A DNA stretch of 63,347 nucleotides, filler included, from Octopus bimaculoides (GCF_001194135.2; 6 parts of 5 records of this genome joined end to end with filler, not necessarily neighbours in it), one strand, 5' to 3'; counted from the first letter of the whole stretch, positions 46,097 through 59,005 are shown. Notes: generated from the letters alone by a model not told the origin. Translations and numbers: made by a program.

Positions 46097-48257
46097 TTTA
46101 GTAGAAAGTGGGTTATACATCTTTAGATGTATACCTGACTTTCCTACTATAAAATTAAAGAATATAACGGAACGCTGAACTCCAGACTATCAACTTAAAC
46201 AACATTTATTCAGGTGGTAAATATATACATCTTTAGTTCTTGTTGTTACAGCTTCTGTTGTGTGTGAGCATAGTTGTTGGGACGTGGGTATGTAGTTGCA
46301 AGCGAGCTGTCGAGTGTAAGTCCGAAAGATGTAGAGAGACAGCTTATCACGTCCATGCTCATGGTCGGCNNNNNNNNNNNNNNNNNNNNNNNNNNNNNNN
46401 NNNNNNNNNNNNNNNNNNNNNNNNNNNNNNNNNNNNNNNNNNNNNNNNNNNNNNNNNNNNNNNNNNNNNNNNNNNNNNNNNNNNNNNNNNNNNNNNNNNN
46501 NNNNNNNNNNNNNNNNNNNNNNNNNNNNNNNNNNNNNNNNNNNNNNNNNNNNNNNNNNNNNNNNNNNNNNNNNNNNNNNNNNNNNNNNNNNNNNNNNNNN
46601 NNNNNNNNNNNNNNNNNNNNNNNNNNNNNNNNNNNNNNNNNNNNNNNNNNNNNNNNNNNNNNNNNNNNNNNNNNNNNNNNNNNNNNNNNNNNNNNNNNNN
46701 NNNNNNNNNNNNNNNNNNNNNNNNNNNNNNNNNNNNNNNNNNNNNNNNNNNNNNNNNNNNNNNNNNNNNNNNNNNNNNNNNNNNNNNNNNNNNNNNNNNN
46801 NNNNNNNNNNNNNNNNNNNNNNNNNNNNNNNNNNNNNNNNNNNNNNNNNNNNNNNNNNNNNNNNNNNNNNNNNNNNNNNNNNNNNNNNNNNNNNNNNNNN
46901 NNNNNNNNNNNNNNNNNNNNNNNNNNNNNNNNNNNNNNNNNNNNNNNNNNNNNNNNNNNNNNNNNNNNNNNNNNNTGTGTCCCTGGTGGTGGGGTTGTTG
47001 GCGCACGACATTGTGGTAGACAGTACATTGATGTTCTGTATGTGTGGTGGTAATGATGTTGACAGTGGTAATGGGTCAGTTGAAACTTGGCGACGTCGGG
47101 GGGAATGCTTGTAGTTGGTAGTAGTAATTGTTGTCGTCACGGTGGTAATCTTGGTTGAACGAAGCTGGTAGTGAAAAGGCTGTTCGTTGATGAGTGTTTG
47201 AAGAGGTACGCTTTTACACACAATCGACAGGCAAATCTCTGTACGACCATCAGCGAAAACCTCGAAGAAAAATTTCTTAACCCAAGATGAAAAACGACCG
47301 TGCGAACTCAAAAAGGAGAAATGGTGACGAATGGAAAAACAGAGGACTCCTTTTATTTAAACGTGTCACGCGGTCGAACACCAAAATATATATCAAAGAT
47401 GATATACAAGTAATTACGTTATACTACGAACATTAGTGAATTCGTAAATACCAGTAATGAGACAATAGAAAAGACAACCGTATGAAATGAATGACAAGAG
47501 TTATTGTGTGGCATAAAAGATGTATGTGTATGTGAGAGTGTGAAATGCGACATATAAAAACATAATAAAAAACAGGCCGTCTATATTGTGTGTGAGATAT
47601 CACAGCAGTTAGAAAGTCAGAACACGTGAGCTTTATACCAAGTTTTTTTTTTTGAGTACACAATTGGAAAGTCACAGGCTGTAATTCTTGTCTGTTTATC
47701 GTGAGTGGAAAACATCCACTCTAACAGAGGCGAGAATAAAAACCGCGCTTGTTGAGTCGTGTTGACTATGGTTGGAGATGTTGGTAATACGTAGTTCAGT
47801 CTCCATGGCCGTATTTGTTCTTTAGTCGGGTTCACCAGTTATAAGTTGGTAGTCCAGAATTCATGCTGCGTTTTTTCTTCGTCGGGGTCACCACTTTAGT
47901 AGAAAGTGGGTTATACATCTTTAGATGTATACCTGACTTTCCTACTATAAAATTAGAAATTAAACGGAACGCTAAACTCCAGACCATCAACTTAAACAAC
48001 ACTTTATTTAAGTGGTAAATATATACATCTTTAGCTCTTGTTGTTACAGCTTCTGTGTGAGTGAGCATAGTTGTTGGGACGTTGTTATGTAGATGTGAGA
48101 GAGCTGTCGAGTGTAAGTCCGAAAGATGTAGAGAGACAGCTTAAATACGTCCATGCTCAATCGCTGGCCAGCGAGAAAGAGAACGAATTGAGCGGGAACG
48201 CTTGCTTGTTTAATTCCACGCATGCGTGAGACTACGCATGCGCACGGCGTTACTACA
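46097..48257 (-). mobile_element. Short, apparently non-autonomous LTR retroelement with two LTRs and a tRNA-Trp PBS
   Basis: 5' LTR 48257-47895; 3' LTR ends at 46097 with its start in the gap; 4-bp TSD AACG (46093-46096, 48258-48261); PBS TGGTGACCCCGACG at 47893-47880, complementary to the tRNA-Trp 3' end. No gag/pol motif is visible. Confidence 0.88.
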
Positions 48258-49741
48258 AACGCAACAAACTTCGTCGTGTGATCCGAGTGGATAGGTGATT
48301 CAAGCTGTGTCGAACTCGTCTTCGTCTTTATCCATTGGTCTTGTTTGTTACAGCCACACTCGCAGATGACTAGCTTAAAGAGCGTGCTATTGTTGTCTTG
48401 CAGATATTAATGGTTAGCAAAAAAAAAAAAAAACCCAGATCTATATATAGTTATTTTCAAAGAAAAGTAAACTGCCAAATATATGACATTGTTAATAATA
48501 TCCTATTCTACCAGAAATATGCGTGGTCAATCCTTTACTGACGTAGTCAAGAAATGGATGAATTGCGTTCGTATCGATTAGTGTTTTTGCATATGGGGAC
48601 AGAGATCCAGATTTGATTTCTATGTGTCTTGGGACTGCCCAATATTCCTGCTACAGGCGATAATAAAGATGTAGGTCCTCAAAATACATATATTTCCAAT
48701 GGTTCATGCTGTCGATGGAAATATACTTCTCCCAATCAGCATTTTATTTTTTTTTTAAGGGTTTTTGAATTCCATACTAAAGCAAAATCTGAAACGAAAT
48801 GCTGTGTCCGTGTCTTCTGTAATAAAATCACCACAGAGATTATAAAATGAATATTCATTCCTCATATCTTTCGAAACTTGTTTAATAAGCCCTGCCATTC
48901 TCTGTTTTTCTGTTGACGACATTTTAACCGCTTGCAGTGATTTTGATCACTTACCTCCATGCGTGTACAAAAGCAAACTGAGATTTGGCCCAAAGAAACC
49001 TAATATCCAATTACATGGCCTCAACATCAGAGTCCAGTCGTGACTGTACATATTCTTACCAGCAATCGAGTAAGATTGGACAATCAAGAATTGATGAAAG
49101 CAGCATATAGTCTATCAACTTGCGCTTAAGATCAAGATATCACCAAACGTCATTTTGCTTTCAGATTCCATCTTTTGTCAGCTCACAAATAATGTCTCCC
49201 TCTTTGGTGAATACTTGATTAGATAGCTTAGTGAGTGAGCCTTTAGTCGTTAATTCGTCGTTGGTGGGACACAATATTAGATAGGCTGCGTGTGAAGGTG
49301 TGATTAACCACATTAATATCTAATTAGGTTTTATTTAACTCGGAGCGTTTATATGTACATGTGAGCAAATATTTTATCTATTGAAGCTATGTTCTTGAGA
49401 TAACGAATGGAAAAGCTGATAGTTTGTTGTAATGCAACACATGAGTTAATATTAGGAAAGTAACTTATAGTTATCGAAGACGAAATAAATAGAAAAACTT
49501 AAAATTATTGCATGTAAGTAATGTGTGCATGATTCGACATTACAGCACACGGTTGGGTACCATTTATAAGACTTGACAAAAGTATGTTAAGTACGGAACA
49601 GAAGAAGAAGGTGAGAGGCCCTCCCACTGAACCAAGCGACAATGGCTCCGAGTGGACTGCTGGGTGGCTCTTATCTGAGGTTGAATTCGCATCTTTTTAT
49701 AATCGTAAGTAAACGTTTCCAGAAACTTTGATCAAGCTATC

Positions 49742-49752
49742 TGGCGGGAAAA
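49742..49752 (+). promoter_or_regulatory. E2F-like site in a CpG-richer stretch between the divergent genes
   Basis: TGGCGGGAAAA matches TTTSSCGC on the minus strand; a second TTCCCGCC occurs near 50132. Motif match only. Confidence 0.3.
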
Positions 49753-50807
49753 GTCGCATACTTTCGTTCAAGTTTGCCACATCAACCATAATAAGTCGGC
49801 AAATACTGATTGATCGAGCCGTATTCGCGTAGACGTTAATGCCTTTTATGGCGATACCTTACTTTTTATGGCAGTATGGTAGGTCGTAGTGTTGAACTCG
49901 AAAAATCAAAGAGAAATGGTTCAAAACTCAGCAGGAACCTAGTTATAATAGTAACAATCTTCTTACTGCTATTCATCATGTCAGATAGTATATTAAATTG
50001 CATGACTACTTTGCGATATTTCAACTCTCTGAGCTCCGGATTGAAATCTCGCCAAGATTAACTTTACAATTCATTCTTTCGAGATCAAATAAAAAAAATA
50101 CCAATCAACGGAGGTGGGTTGGCGTTCTGAGTTCCCGCCTTTCAGTCCTTTTAGTCTCATCCACCACACTACCACCTCTTTCGCCACAGCCACCAAACAG
50201 AGGAAAGCAAACACTTCGTGGTCAACGAAAAATTTCTGGATATTTTCAGCTACAAGACTGCAAATACATTTATTCAACTACAGAGGGGTATGCTTTGACG
50301 CAGCAAGCAACATTTTTTGGGGGGGTGGGGGTGGAATTTTGAATGGTCAAAACTGAACGAAATGTCGGTAAGTATTTCGTCCGGCGTACTGACGATGCTA
50401 CAAGCTCGTCGCCTTAACAACAACAATAGTAATAACAATAATTTACTCTAGTCAAGAAAAGTAACTCTACAGTTTAGATTAATTAAAAATCGAATGTAGA
50501 TATACTATGAGGGGTGGGATTGGTCTTTCGGTTAGCACAGAGATAATTCTGGTTATGTTTCTCCTCAATGAAGTATAATGTGTAACAGAGAGACTGAAAA
50601 ATATATAAAGAGGTTGACTGAATAAACACTGATAGGTGTGACAACTTTAGAAAATGATTGGCAAGGCAGGGGAGGATTACCAAGGAGGACCCTCTGCACA
50701 AAAACATATAGTAAAGTCCGCGATAATACACTTAATGTAGCGAGCCAGAGATGTTTAGTTAACAAACACTACTGTTGTGGAGAAAAATTATTAGTGTTAC
50801 TGATTAA

Positions 50808-51023
50808 CCCTTTAAGGCCGGTTATAAATAGCAAGTCATTTCGAGTGGGACGCAAAAAAAATGGGGGAAAATGCAAGATGATAATCAGTCAAATAGTATA
50901 TAATGCAAATTTAGCTTATATACACCCATCTTCTTCAGAATTTAGTCGTGTGTCAATAAGCCATGCCCGTCCTCTGCGGAAGAAGGCATGTTGTGTCAAT
51001 AAACCACACCTGGCCATAAAGGG
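50808..51023. mobile_element. piggyBac-like MITE, second family
   Basis: TTAA flanks (50804-50807, 51024-51027); TIR CCCTTTAAGGCC / GGCCATAAAGGG. Confidence 0.75.
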
Positions 51024-51283
51024 TTAACTTTGGTCAGGAGAGGGAAGAGGGATAACAATGAAATTTAAATTTCAATGAAAAATTAAATGGTGGTGCGAAA
51101 TGAGGAATATTTCTTACACATTGCAATTACTTCCTTATCTACTTCGTGTTCTTACCAAAATAATATATCCTCACTTCTGCCGCCCAATACTTCAAAACTA
51201 CACTCCGTCAAAAGGGTTTATAGCCCGAAATTTTGGGTTTTGCCGTTACTCAAAGTAATAACGGACTATTCTTTTCTACTCTA

Positions 51284-51480
51284 AGCACAAGGCCCGAAAT
51301 TTTGGGGAAGGGGACCAGTCGATTAGATCGACCCCAGTACGCAACTGGTACTTAATTTAATCGACCCCGAAAAGATGAAAGGCAAAGTGGACCTCGGCGG
51401 AATTTGAACTCAGAACGTAAAGACAGACGAAATACCGCTATGCATTTCGTCCGGTGTGCTGTTTCTGCCAGCTCGCCGCT
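51284..51480 (-). mobile_element. SINE family A
   Basis: Head, B box and core co-linear with 34404-34631; different tail (AGGCCCGAAATTTTGGGG). Confidence 0.85.
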
Positions 51481-51795
51481 TTGGTAATAACAAACTATTG
51501 ACATTTAATTACTTTTCTTTGAGCAGTTTTAATTTAGATGGCCTCAAGTGAATTTAAGTGCATTTATTGCACATGAAAGAGAGATGGCGAGAGAGGGAAA
51601 GAAACAAGTAACGGAACAATTTTGCTTTGCATGGCAAAATACATTACTTTATTTGTTATTTTATCAAACCAAACTCGATATTTCGATCCGGCAATAAATC
51701 ATAAAGCTATATGTTGTTGTTGTTGTTGTTGTTGGTGGTGTGGTGTTTTTATTTAGTTCAAGGTAAATCCTATATCGCATTCATTCAAAGAAATA

Positions 51796-51993
51796 CAGTA
51801 ATCCCTCGATCATCGCGGGGGTTACGTTCCAAAACCTCCCACAGAAATAATTAAAATCTTAAAAAATATAAATACCTATCGGCCGCAGAAACACGCGATA
51901 TACTGAGGAGTCCCGATATAAATTTACATATATTAGCTAGAGAAGTGTACTGTGTGTGCGATAGATGAACCGCGATGAGGTGAAGGATTACTG
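51796..51993. mobile_element. Tigger/pogo-type MITE
   Basis: TA target duplication (51794-51795, 51994-51995); TIR CAGTAATCCCTCG / TGAAGGATTACTG. Confidence 0.8.
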
Positions 51994-52229
51994 TATATAC
52001 GACCGCCTAATTAATCAACTTCAACAATCAACTGAAATTTATAGCTTTTGATCCTGCTATACCCTGGATGTCTCAAGATACGGCAGAACAATCAGCCTTC
52101 TGAAAAAAGTTGGGATATTATCTTACTTAAAAAAAAAATAGCATCTATGTTGATTATATTTCATCAAAAATCTTCTTGACCAGACACATAAACATCCATA
52201 TAAACAAGTTTACATTGTCTTATTTTATT

Positions 52230-52830
52230 ATTGATTTCAAATTTCGGCACAAAGCCAGCAAATTCGTGAGAGGGAGTAAGTCGATTGCATCAACTCCAGT
52301 GTTTAACTGGTACCTATTCTATCGACTCCAAAAGAATGAAAGGTAAAGTCGACCCCGGCGGAACGTTGCGGTAGACGAATTACCGCTTAAGCATTTCGCC
52401 CGGCGCGCTAAAGATTCTGCCAGCTCGCTGCCTTCATAATAATTATTTCTACTCTAGGAACAAAACCTTGAAAATTTGGTGGGGGACGGGACTGGTCGAT
52501 TATATCGACCCCAGTGGTAACTGGTACTCATTTCATCGACCCCGAAAGGATGAAAAGCAAAGTCGACCTCGGCGGAATTTGAACTCAGAACGCTAAGCAT
52601 TTCGCCCGGCGCGCTAACGATTCTACCAGCTCTCTGGCATAACTGTCTTATTTTAATATTCATTTCAAATTTTGGAACAAGGTCAGTAACTTTGAGTGAG
52701 AGGTTAACTCCGGTGAGATAAAAGATAAAGTCGAACTTGCCTGAATTTGAACGCAAAACGTAAAGATGAGGCAGTTTTGAGTGCCGCTAAGCATTTAACC
52801 AGCGTGCAGACGATTCGACCAGCTCGCCGC
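52230..52830 (-). repeat. Three head-to-tail SINE family A units
   Basis: Three successive tail-core-head units joined by AT-rich linkers. Confidence 0.8.
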
Positions 52831-53450
52831 CTTTGTGACACATTTTAAAATCGATAATTAATTTTCACAATTAATGTAATTACATATTCCCTTATTTATA
52901 AAATGTTCTTTGATGTTGCTTTAATAGAATACTTTAATTCAATGTGACATTTTACTAAAGCCGATTCCCCCATTATACGACCAACCATTCTTTAACTGTT
53001 GTCAAGTAACCAAGTAACTATAAACATTTGTTACCAGGTTCAAACTGGCAATAAGCCAATGCTTTATATTTGTGTGCGCGCGAGCGCGTGCGTGTGTATG
53101 TGTGTAATTTTATTTACCTTTGTACCTGCTATAAATCAGGCTTCATTAACCTGTTATAACAGAAAGGGAGAAGGCATACTAGAGAAGCAGGATGAATTGA
53201 TGATATTGAAGACAGAATATATTATATTAACATTGTTAAGAAGGACACTCGAGTGCATTGGGACGCTTGTTCATCAATCGATCTATCTATCTATCCTTTA
53301 TATGCATGTACGTACATGCATACATGCATACATACATACATACATACATACATACATACATACATGCATACACATATTTATCTTTACCAATCTGCTTACT
53401 GCTACCTGAATCTTTCTGTATATACATGTACACACATCTTTCTCTTTCTT

Positions 53451-53486
<36 letters not shown>

Positions 53487-54041
53487 TGTATATATATNNN
53501 NNNNNNNNNNNNNNNNNNNNNNNNNNNNNNNNNNNNNNNNNTTAATTAATTAANNNNNNNNNNNNNNNNNNNNNNNNNNNNNNNNNNNNNNNNNNNNTCC
53601 ACGTTGTATGATGCTATATCCCCTTCTATTTCGTTAAATGCTTCAAGTAACTTGTCTCTAAGTCTCTGTCCGTTTACAGGGTCTTTCACCAGTCTTCAGT
53701 CAAATCGTCCAACCCATGCTAGCATGGAAAGCGGACGTTAAACGATGGTGATGATGATGATGATAAGCTCCAACATATAACATTGCAATCAGTCCAGGTG
53801 GAAAAGGTTTACAATATGCATAATCAGCTGAAACAATTCTTAAGAGAACTGTCTATGGCTAGCATAGTGCATAATATTCCTGATGATTTGAGATAAACAT
53901 TACATTGAATTAATTTATGTTAATTATCTATCTTAATTATATACATATTACACACATATATATTAGCTATATTTATTATAGAAATATATAATCTCATGAT
54001 ATTATCAAATTAACTGTGTGTGTTTTATTTTAAAACTCTAG

Positions 54042-54156
54042 CTTTCCTCTGCTATAATAAGTTACTTCAACAAGCACCACCAAGCTGATGAAGTTTATCA
54101 AAAGAAAATGAAGTTAAGAGATGCATTGTATGGAATATTACAAGGTGTTTTCCCAT
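54042..54156 (+). CDS. TENT2: GLD-2/TENT2-type poly(A) polymerase, internal exon
   Basis: Acceptor ctctAG at 54040-54041. Translates as LSSAIISYFNKHHQADEVYQKKMKLRDALYGILQGVFP plus T. Donor GTAAGT at 54157; 115 nt, phase 1. Resembles the helices preceding the nucleotidyltransferase core of GLD-2. Confidence 0.85.
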
Positions 54157-55268
54157 GTAAGTATATTTTTAGAGATTAAAGATTTTTCAAATTCCTGATG
54201 AAATTATAATGTTTCAGACTACTAGTAACATTGTTAATGACATTTAATTCTCAGTTCACCATAGTAAATATATGCCATATTTATGCACACCTCAATAATG
54301 TAAGCAGCAGGAGAACTTGTATGTGACTGTTTCGGTAGCTTGCAGTTTTGAAGTCTAGTTCTCACCTGAGCTCATTTAAAGCTACAGGACATTGTTCCAG
54401 TAGTGTGACCAAATTCTTTGTTCGTCTCAGTCATCTCTCATTATCCAGGTACTGGTTCTACTTGCAGGCTGGTGTACACTAACAAAAAAAAAAAAAATTT
54501 TTTTTCTTTGCTCAGTAAATGTTATTAATTTCGTTTTTGCTTCTATCTGGAAATCAAAGGAAATCTCTACTATTCCCTTCAGACTTTGCTTTTGTAACCT
54601 GGACATCAATGCTTTGAAACTGAGCTATTTTCCATTACATTTCAGATAGATTCATCACTGAGTTGCTGAAGCAGAAATATTGTTATAGCAAATATTCTGC
54701 TCGATATCACAGATTTGTTTGACCTTAACTACTTGAACATGTCCCTTAGTGGCTGACAATATGTGCATCTCTAACCATGTGCAGGAGTAGTGAGGAAGCA
54801 TCATAGTCATGTGATGAGGGATTATTTAGGGTTTGAATAGACTGAAACTGTGAAAGCCCTTCATATGTGTGTGCATGTACCTAGTCTGTCTTTGTGTATG
54901 TTTATGGCCCATAACAGTTCAGCAAAAGGGACCAGTAGAACAAATACCAGACAGGGGTCAATTTTTTTCAACTAAAACCCTTCAAGGCAGTGTCCCAGGA
55001 TGGCTGTGGTCCAATGATTGAAACCAGTAAATACAAATGAATCTTTAGTAAACCACTCTTTCTTCAATAATATTCTAAACAGTGATCTCAACAAAGATTT
55101 CAGCTAGTTTGCAAAAGTCATTTCCATTGCGAAAAACTTTCTCTTCTCTCTGAAAGTTTTTGCCTTACATGTTTTAGCAAGCATCTTCTGTACTTAGAAC
55201 TTTGCTTTTCAATTGCATTCCTCTTTTTCTCATAATTGTTGATTTAGACATTGAAAAGTGGACCATAA

Positions 55269-55457
55269 CCCTTTAGCATTCAGGTTATTCTGTCTAAAAT
55301 GTAATGCTTATTTATTCACATTTGAGAATTCAATGATGTGCATGTTTATTTTTAGTATGATATTGTAGGGTAAATGGAAGGGGCTGAATATAGCCAGTCT
55401 ATACATAAAACAGGTATAATATTTGAGCTGGATATGGCTAGTTTAAATGCCAAAGGG
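55269..55457. mobile_element. piggyBac-like MITE in the GLD-2 intron
   Basis: CCCTTTAGCATT / AATGCCAAAGGG termini; ATAA/TTAA flanks. Confidence 0.75.
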
Positions 55458-55529
55458 TTAAAATGACAATGGTTATAATAATGTATATTGTATCTATTTT
55501 GATATATTTTACCCTCCCTGTTATTTCAG

Positions 55530-55621
55530 ACTGTGGCCTGTATGCTGTTGGTTCGTCCATGAGTGGGTTTGGGACCAATAAAAGTGACATGGATCTTTGC
55601 CTTATGCTTACTCGTGAACAG
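55530..55621 (+). CDS. TENT2: GLD-2/TENT2-type poly(A) polymerase, catalytic exon
   Basis: Acceptor ttatttcAG. The T|AC join gives YCGLYAVGSSMSGFGTNKSDMDLCLMLTREQ, the hGS...GFG...SDxDLCL signature of non-canonical poly(A) polymerases. Donor CAG|GTAAGT. Phases match the previous exon. GLD-2 fits better than TUT4/7, TENT4 or mtPAP by eye. Confidence 0.9.
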
Positions 55622-56437
55622 GTAAGTTAGTATGTTTGAGAATGTAGTACAGTTTTGATGGTAATAAAGCTGCTTTGGTTCTGTTCTGGTATCAACACAG
55701 TATACCAATAGAAAACTATTGTAATTTTTTCTTTTTATTTCTTTCTCGCTTTTGACGTTAGTTTGTCAGTTGGTCATATTTGCAAATTATTTTCAAAGTG
55801 TTACCAATTTATCGTTCTCTCCAACATAAATTGCCATCTGTTTTTATTTGAATCTAATATATTTATTGCACTTACATTGCACATCAAACGAAATCATCAT
55901 CATTTAACATCCTTGTTTCATGGGTCAGACAGCTTAACACAATCTGACAAATCCAAGGACTGCCTGATGATCCACTCTATTTTGGCATGGTTTCTACAGC
56001 TGGATGCCCATCCTATCACCAACCAGTTTACAGAATGTATTAGATGTCTTTGTGTTTGTGGCAGCAGCTCTAGTGAGGTCACTATGCAGCTTGCAAGACT
56101 ACGCACCCCGAGGGGGTTGCTTTATGCAAGGAACTGAAGGGTTAAAGTATGAGGGAAGACAGCATAGCAGAACAGGTTTCTTGCTGTAGAGGAGTTACAT
56201 GGTTACTCACATTTTAGAGGAGAGGGTGGAGTTAAAGTTATAAAGTAAGGCACAGGAATGTCTGTGTGGTAAGTAGCTTGCTTACTAACCACATGGTTCC
56301 GGGTTCATTCCCACTGCATGGCACCTTGGGCAAGTGTCTTCTACTATAGCTTTGGGCCGACCAAAGATTTGTGAGTGGATTTGGTAGACGGAAACTGAAA
56401 GAAGCCCATTGTATATGTATATATATATATATATATA

Positions 56438-56578
56438 ATAGCCTGGGCCAAGTTTAGAGAGCTCTTACCTCTGCTGGCGACAAAGGGACTCTCACTCAGG
56501 GTAAAAGGCAGACTGTATGACGCATGTGTACGAACAGCCATGCTAGATGGCAGTGAAACATGGGCTGTGACTGCTGAG
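56438..56578 (+). mobile_element. RTE LINE fragment, cut by a gap
   Basis: IAWAKFRELLPLLATKGLSLRVKGRLYDACVRTAMLDGSETWAVTAE. Confidence 0.85.
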
Positions 56579-56678
56579 NNNNNNNNNNNNNNNNNNNNNN
56601 NNNNNNNNNNNNNNNNNNNNNNTTAATTAATTAANNNNNNNNNNNNNNNNNNNNNNNNNNNNNNNNNNNNNNNNNNNN

Positions 56679-58040
56679 CATCATCATCAATTAACGTCCG
56701 TTTTCCATGCTGGCATAGGTTGGACGGTTTGACTGTGTACTGGCAAGCCAGGAGGCTGCACCAGACTCCAATCTAATCTGGCAGTGTTTCTACAGCTGGA
56801 TGCCCTTCCTAACGCCAACCACTACGAAAGTGTAGTGGGTGCTTTTTACATGCTACCAGCACAGAAGCCAGTGAAGGCGACACTGGCATTGACTACTTTC
56901 TGATGGTGCTTTTTACATGCTGCCATCACATTTGATTTGATTTTGATATTGCTATTGTTGATGTACTTGACTCATTATAGGCCTCGTTTGGATGGTGCTT
57001 TTTACGTGCTACCGGCATGGGGCTCACAACTATAATTTCCATTTGATTTAATTTTGATATTGATGTTGATGTACTTGACTCAATTGGTCTCCTGAAGCAC
57101 GGCATGTCACCCTATGATCCAAGGTACTTTTGAGTGGGCTGGTTATGCAACACTGGTGTAGGTTACACCTGTGGACTCACTTTATTTGCTGGGTCTTCTC
57201 AGTCACAGCATTCCTCCAGAGGTCTCAATCTTTTGTCATTGCCTCTGTGAGGCCCAAAGTTTGAAGGTCATGCTTCACCACCTCATCCCATGTTTTCCTG
57301 GGTCTCCCTCTACCCTGAGTTCCTCCCACTATTTGGGAGTGGCACTTCTTCACACAGCTCTCCTCGTTCATCCACAGTACATGACCATACCAGCGCAAAT
57401 ATCCCTCTTGCCCGCCACATCCAATTCTTCTTATTCTGACATTTCTCTCAGGGTGCTTACACTCTGTCATATGTGCACACTGATATTACACATCCAGTGG
57501 ATCGTGCTACCTTAATTTCTTTCATGCCTATGCATGTCTTCAGCAGTCATGGCTCATGTTTCACAGTCATGAAGCATGGCTGTTCACACACATACATCAT
57601 ACAATCTACCTTCCACTCTGAGTGAGTGGCCCTTTGTCACCAGTAGGGGTAGAAGTTTTCTGAACTTTGCACAGGCTATTCTTATTCTAGTGGTAACACT
57701 CTATAAGCATCCACCCCCACTACAGATTTGGTCACCTGGATCTCATCTAAGCAGACTCTCTCCCTAATTAGTTGGGCTATGTGACCTTCATCTCTATGAC
57801 CTTCATCAACTGATCCAGCAGTTTGATACCTCTGTAGTTATTTCTATCTGAAGCATCACCTTTACCTTTGTAGCAGTTGACTATGGTGCTGCTATGCCAG
57901 TCATTGGGTGTGACTCCATCATGAACTACCTGGTTTACAATATAGGTTACTAGGCCATAGCCCACAACACCAGATGTTTTAAGCATCTCAGCAGTGATTC
58001 CTGATGGGCCGGGGGCTTTTCCTGGCTTCATATCCTTAAT
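56679..58040 (-). mobile_element. RTE LINE, internally deleted
   Basis: GKAPGPSGITAEML...DW..STIV..YKGKGDA.DRNNYRGIKLL, then RIRIA.AKF, LRWYGHV...GRGRPRKTWDEVV, 3' UTR and (CAT)n tail. Confidence 0.88.
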
Positions 58041-58349
58041 TAAAGTAGTTGTATGCTATCAACTTAATGTGACAGTCCCATGAAGGAAATAATACTACTG
58101 CTATTTAACCCTAGGAAACATCACCACTTCCTGTCGGCTTTGACACATTTCCTGTGTCCTTATGTTTACAAGGGGAAGACAAGCACCTCCAAACTGCTAA
58201 GCCTGCATCCAGAAACATGTTTCTGAGTCTTTGCTCATCATCAGTCTGGAGTAGCAATGACCTGGTAGTTGGAGATGCCTGTTAAGCTCTCGTAAACATA
58301 TAATAATTCTAGTGAAACACATTCACTGATTTCAAAAATAGAAATAATA

Positions 58350-59005
58350 ATCATCATCATCATCATCATCGTTTAAAATCTGCTTTCCATGCTAGCATGG
58401 GTTGGAAGATTTGACTGAGGACTGGTGAACCAGATGGCTGCACCATGCACAAAATCTGATCTGGCAGAGTTTCTACAGCTGGATGCCCTTCCTAATGCCA
58501 ACCACTCTGAGAGTGTAGTGGGTTCTTTTTCGTGCCACCGGCACGAGGGCCAGTCAGGCGGTACTGGCAGCGACAATGCTCAAAATGGTGTATTTTACGT
58601 GCCACCTGCATAGGAACCAGTTCAGTGGCACTAGCAACGACCTCGCTCGAATGATTTTCTAACGTGCCACCGGCACAAGTGCCAGTAAGGTGATGCTGGT
58701 AATGATCACAATCATCTCTCTTGCACACCACAACTGATGCTTCTTAAGTCCAACTTTTCTCTCAAGGTGCTTACACTCTGTCGAGTATGGACACTGACAT
58801 TGCACATCCAGAGGAACATACTGGCTTCGTTTCTTGCAAGCTTACGCATGTCCTCAGCAGTCACGGCCCATGTTTCGTTACCATGTAGCATGGCGGTTCG
58901 TACATATGCGTCATACAGTCTACCTTTTAATCTGAGAGAGGGACCCTTTGTCACCAGCAGAGGTAGGGGCTCTCTGAACTTTGCCCAGCCTATTCTTATT
59001 CCCAT
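58350..59005 (-). mobile_element. RTE LINE 3' fragment with deletion
   Basis: IRIGWAKFRE.LPLLVTKG...HGNETWAVTAEDMRKLARNEASM, joined at about 58710 to the 3' UTR and (CAT)n tail. Confidence 0.85.

Noticed and set aside
49876-50061. 61-aa ORF with a hydrophobic segment resembling a type II membrane anchor
   Set aside because: It is short, has no splice or family support, and such ORFs are expected by chance in AT-rich DNA.
51757-51762. 6-nt microexon (tttag|TTCAAG|gtaaat) upstream of GLD-2
   Set aside because: It lies in what looks like a decayed SINE tail after a (GTT)n tract, and nothing independent supports it.
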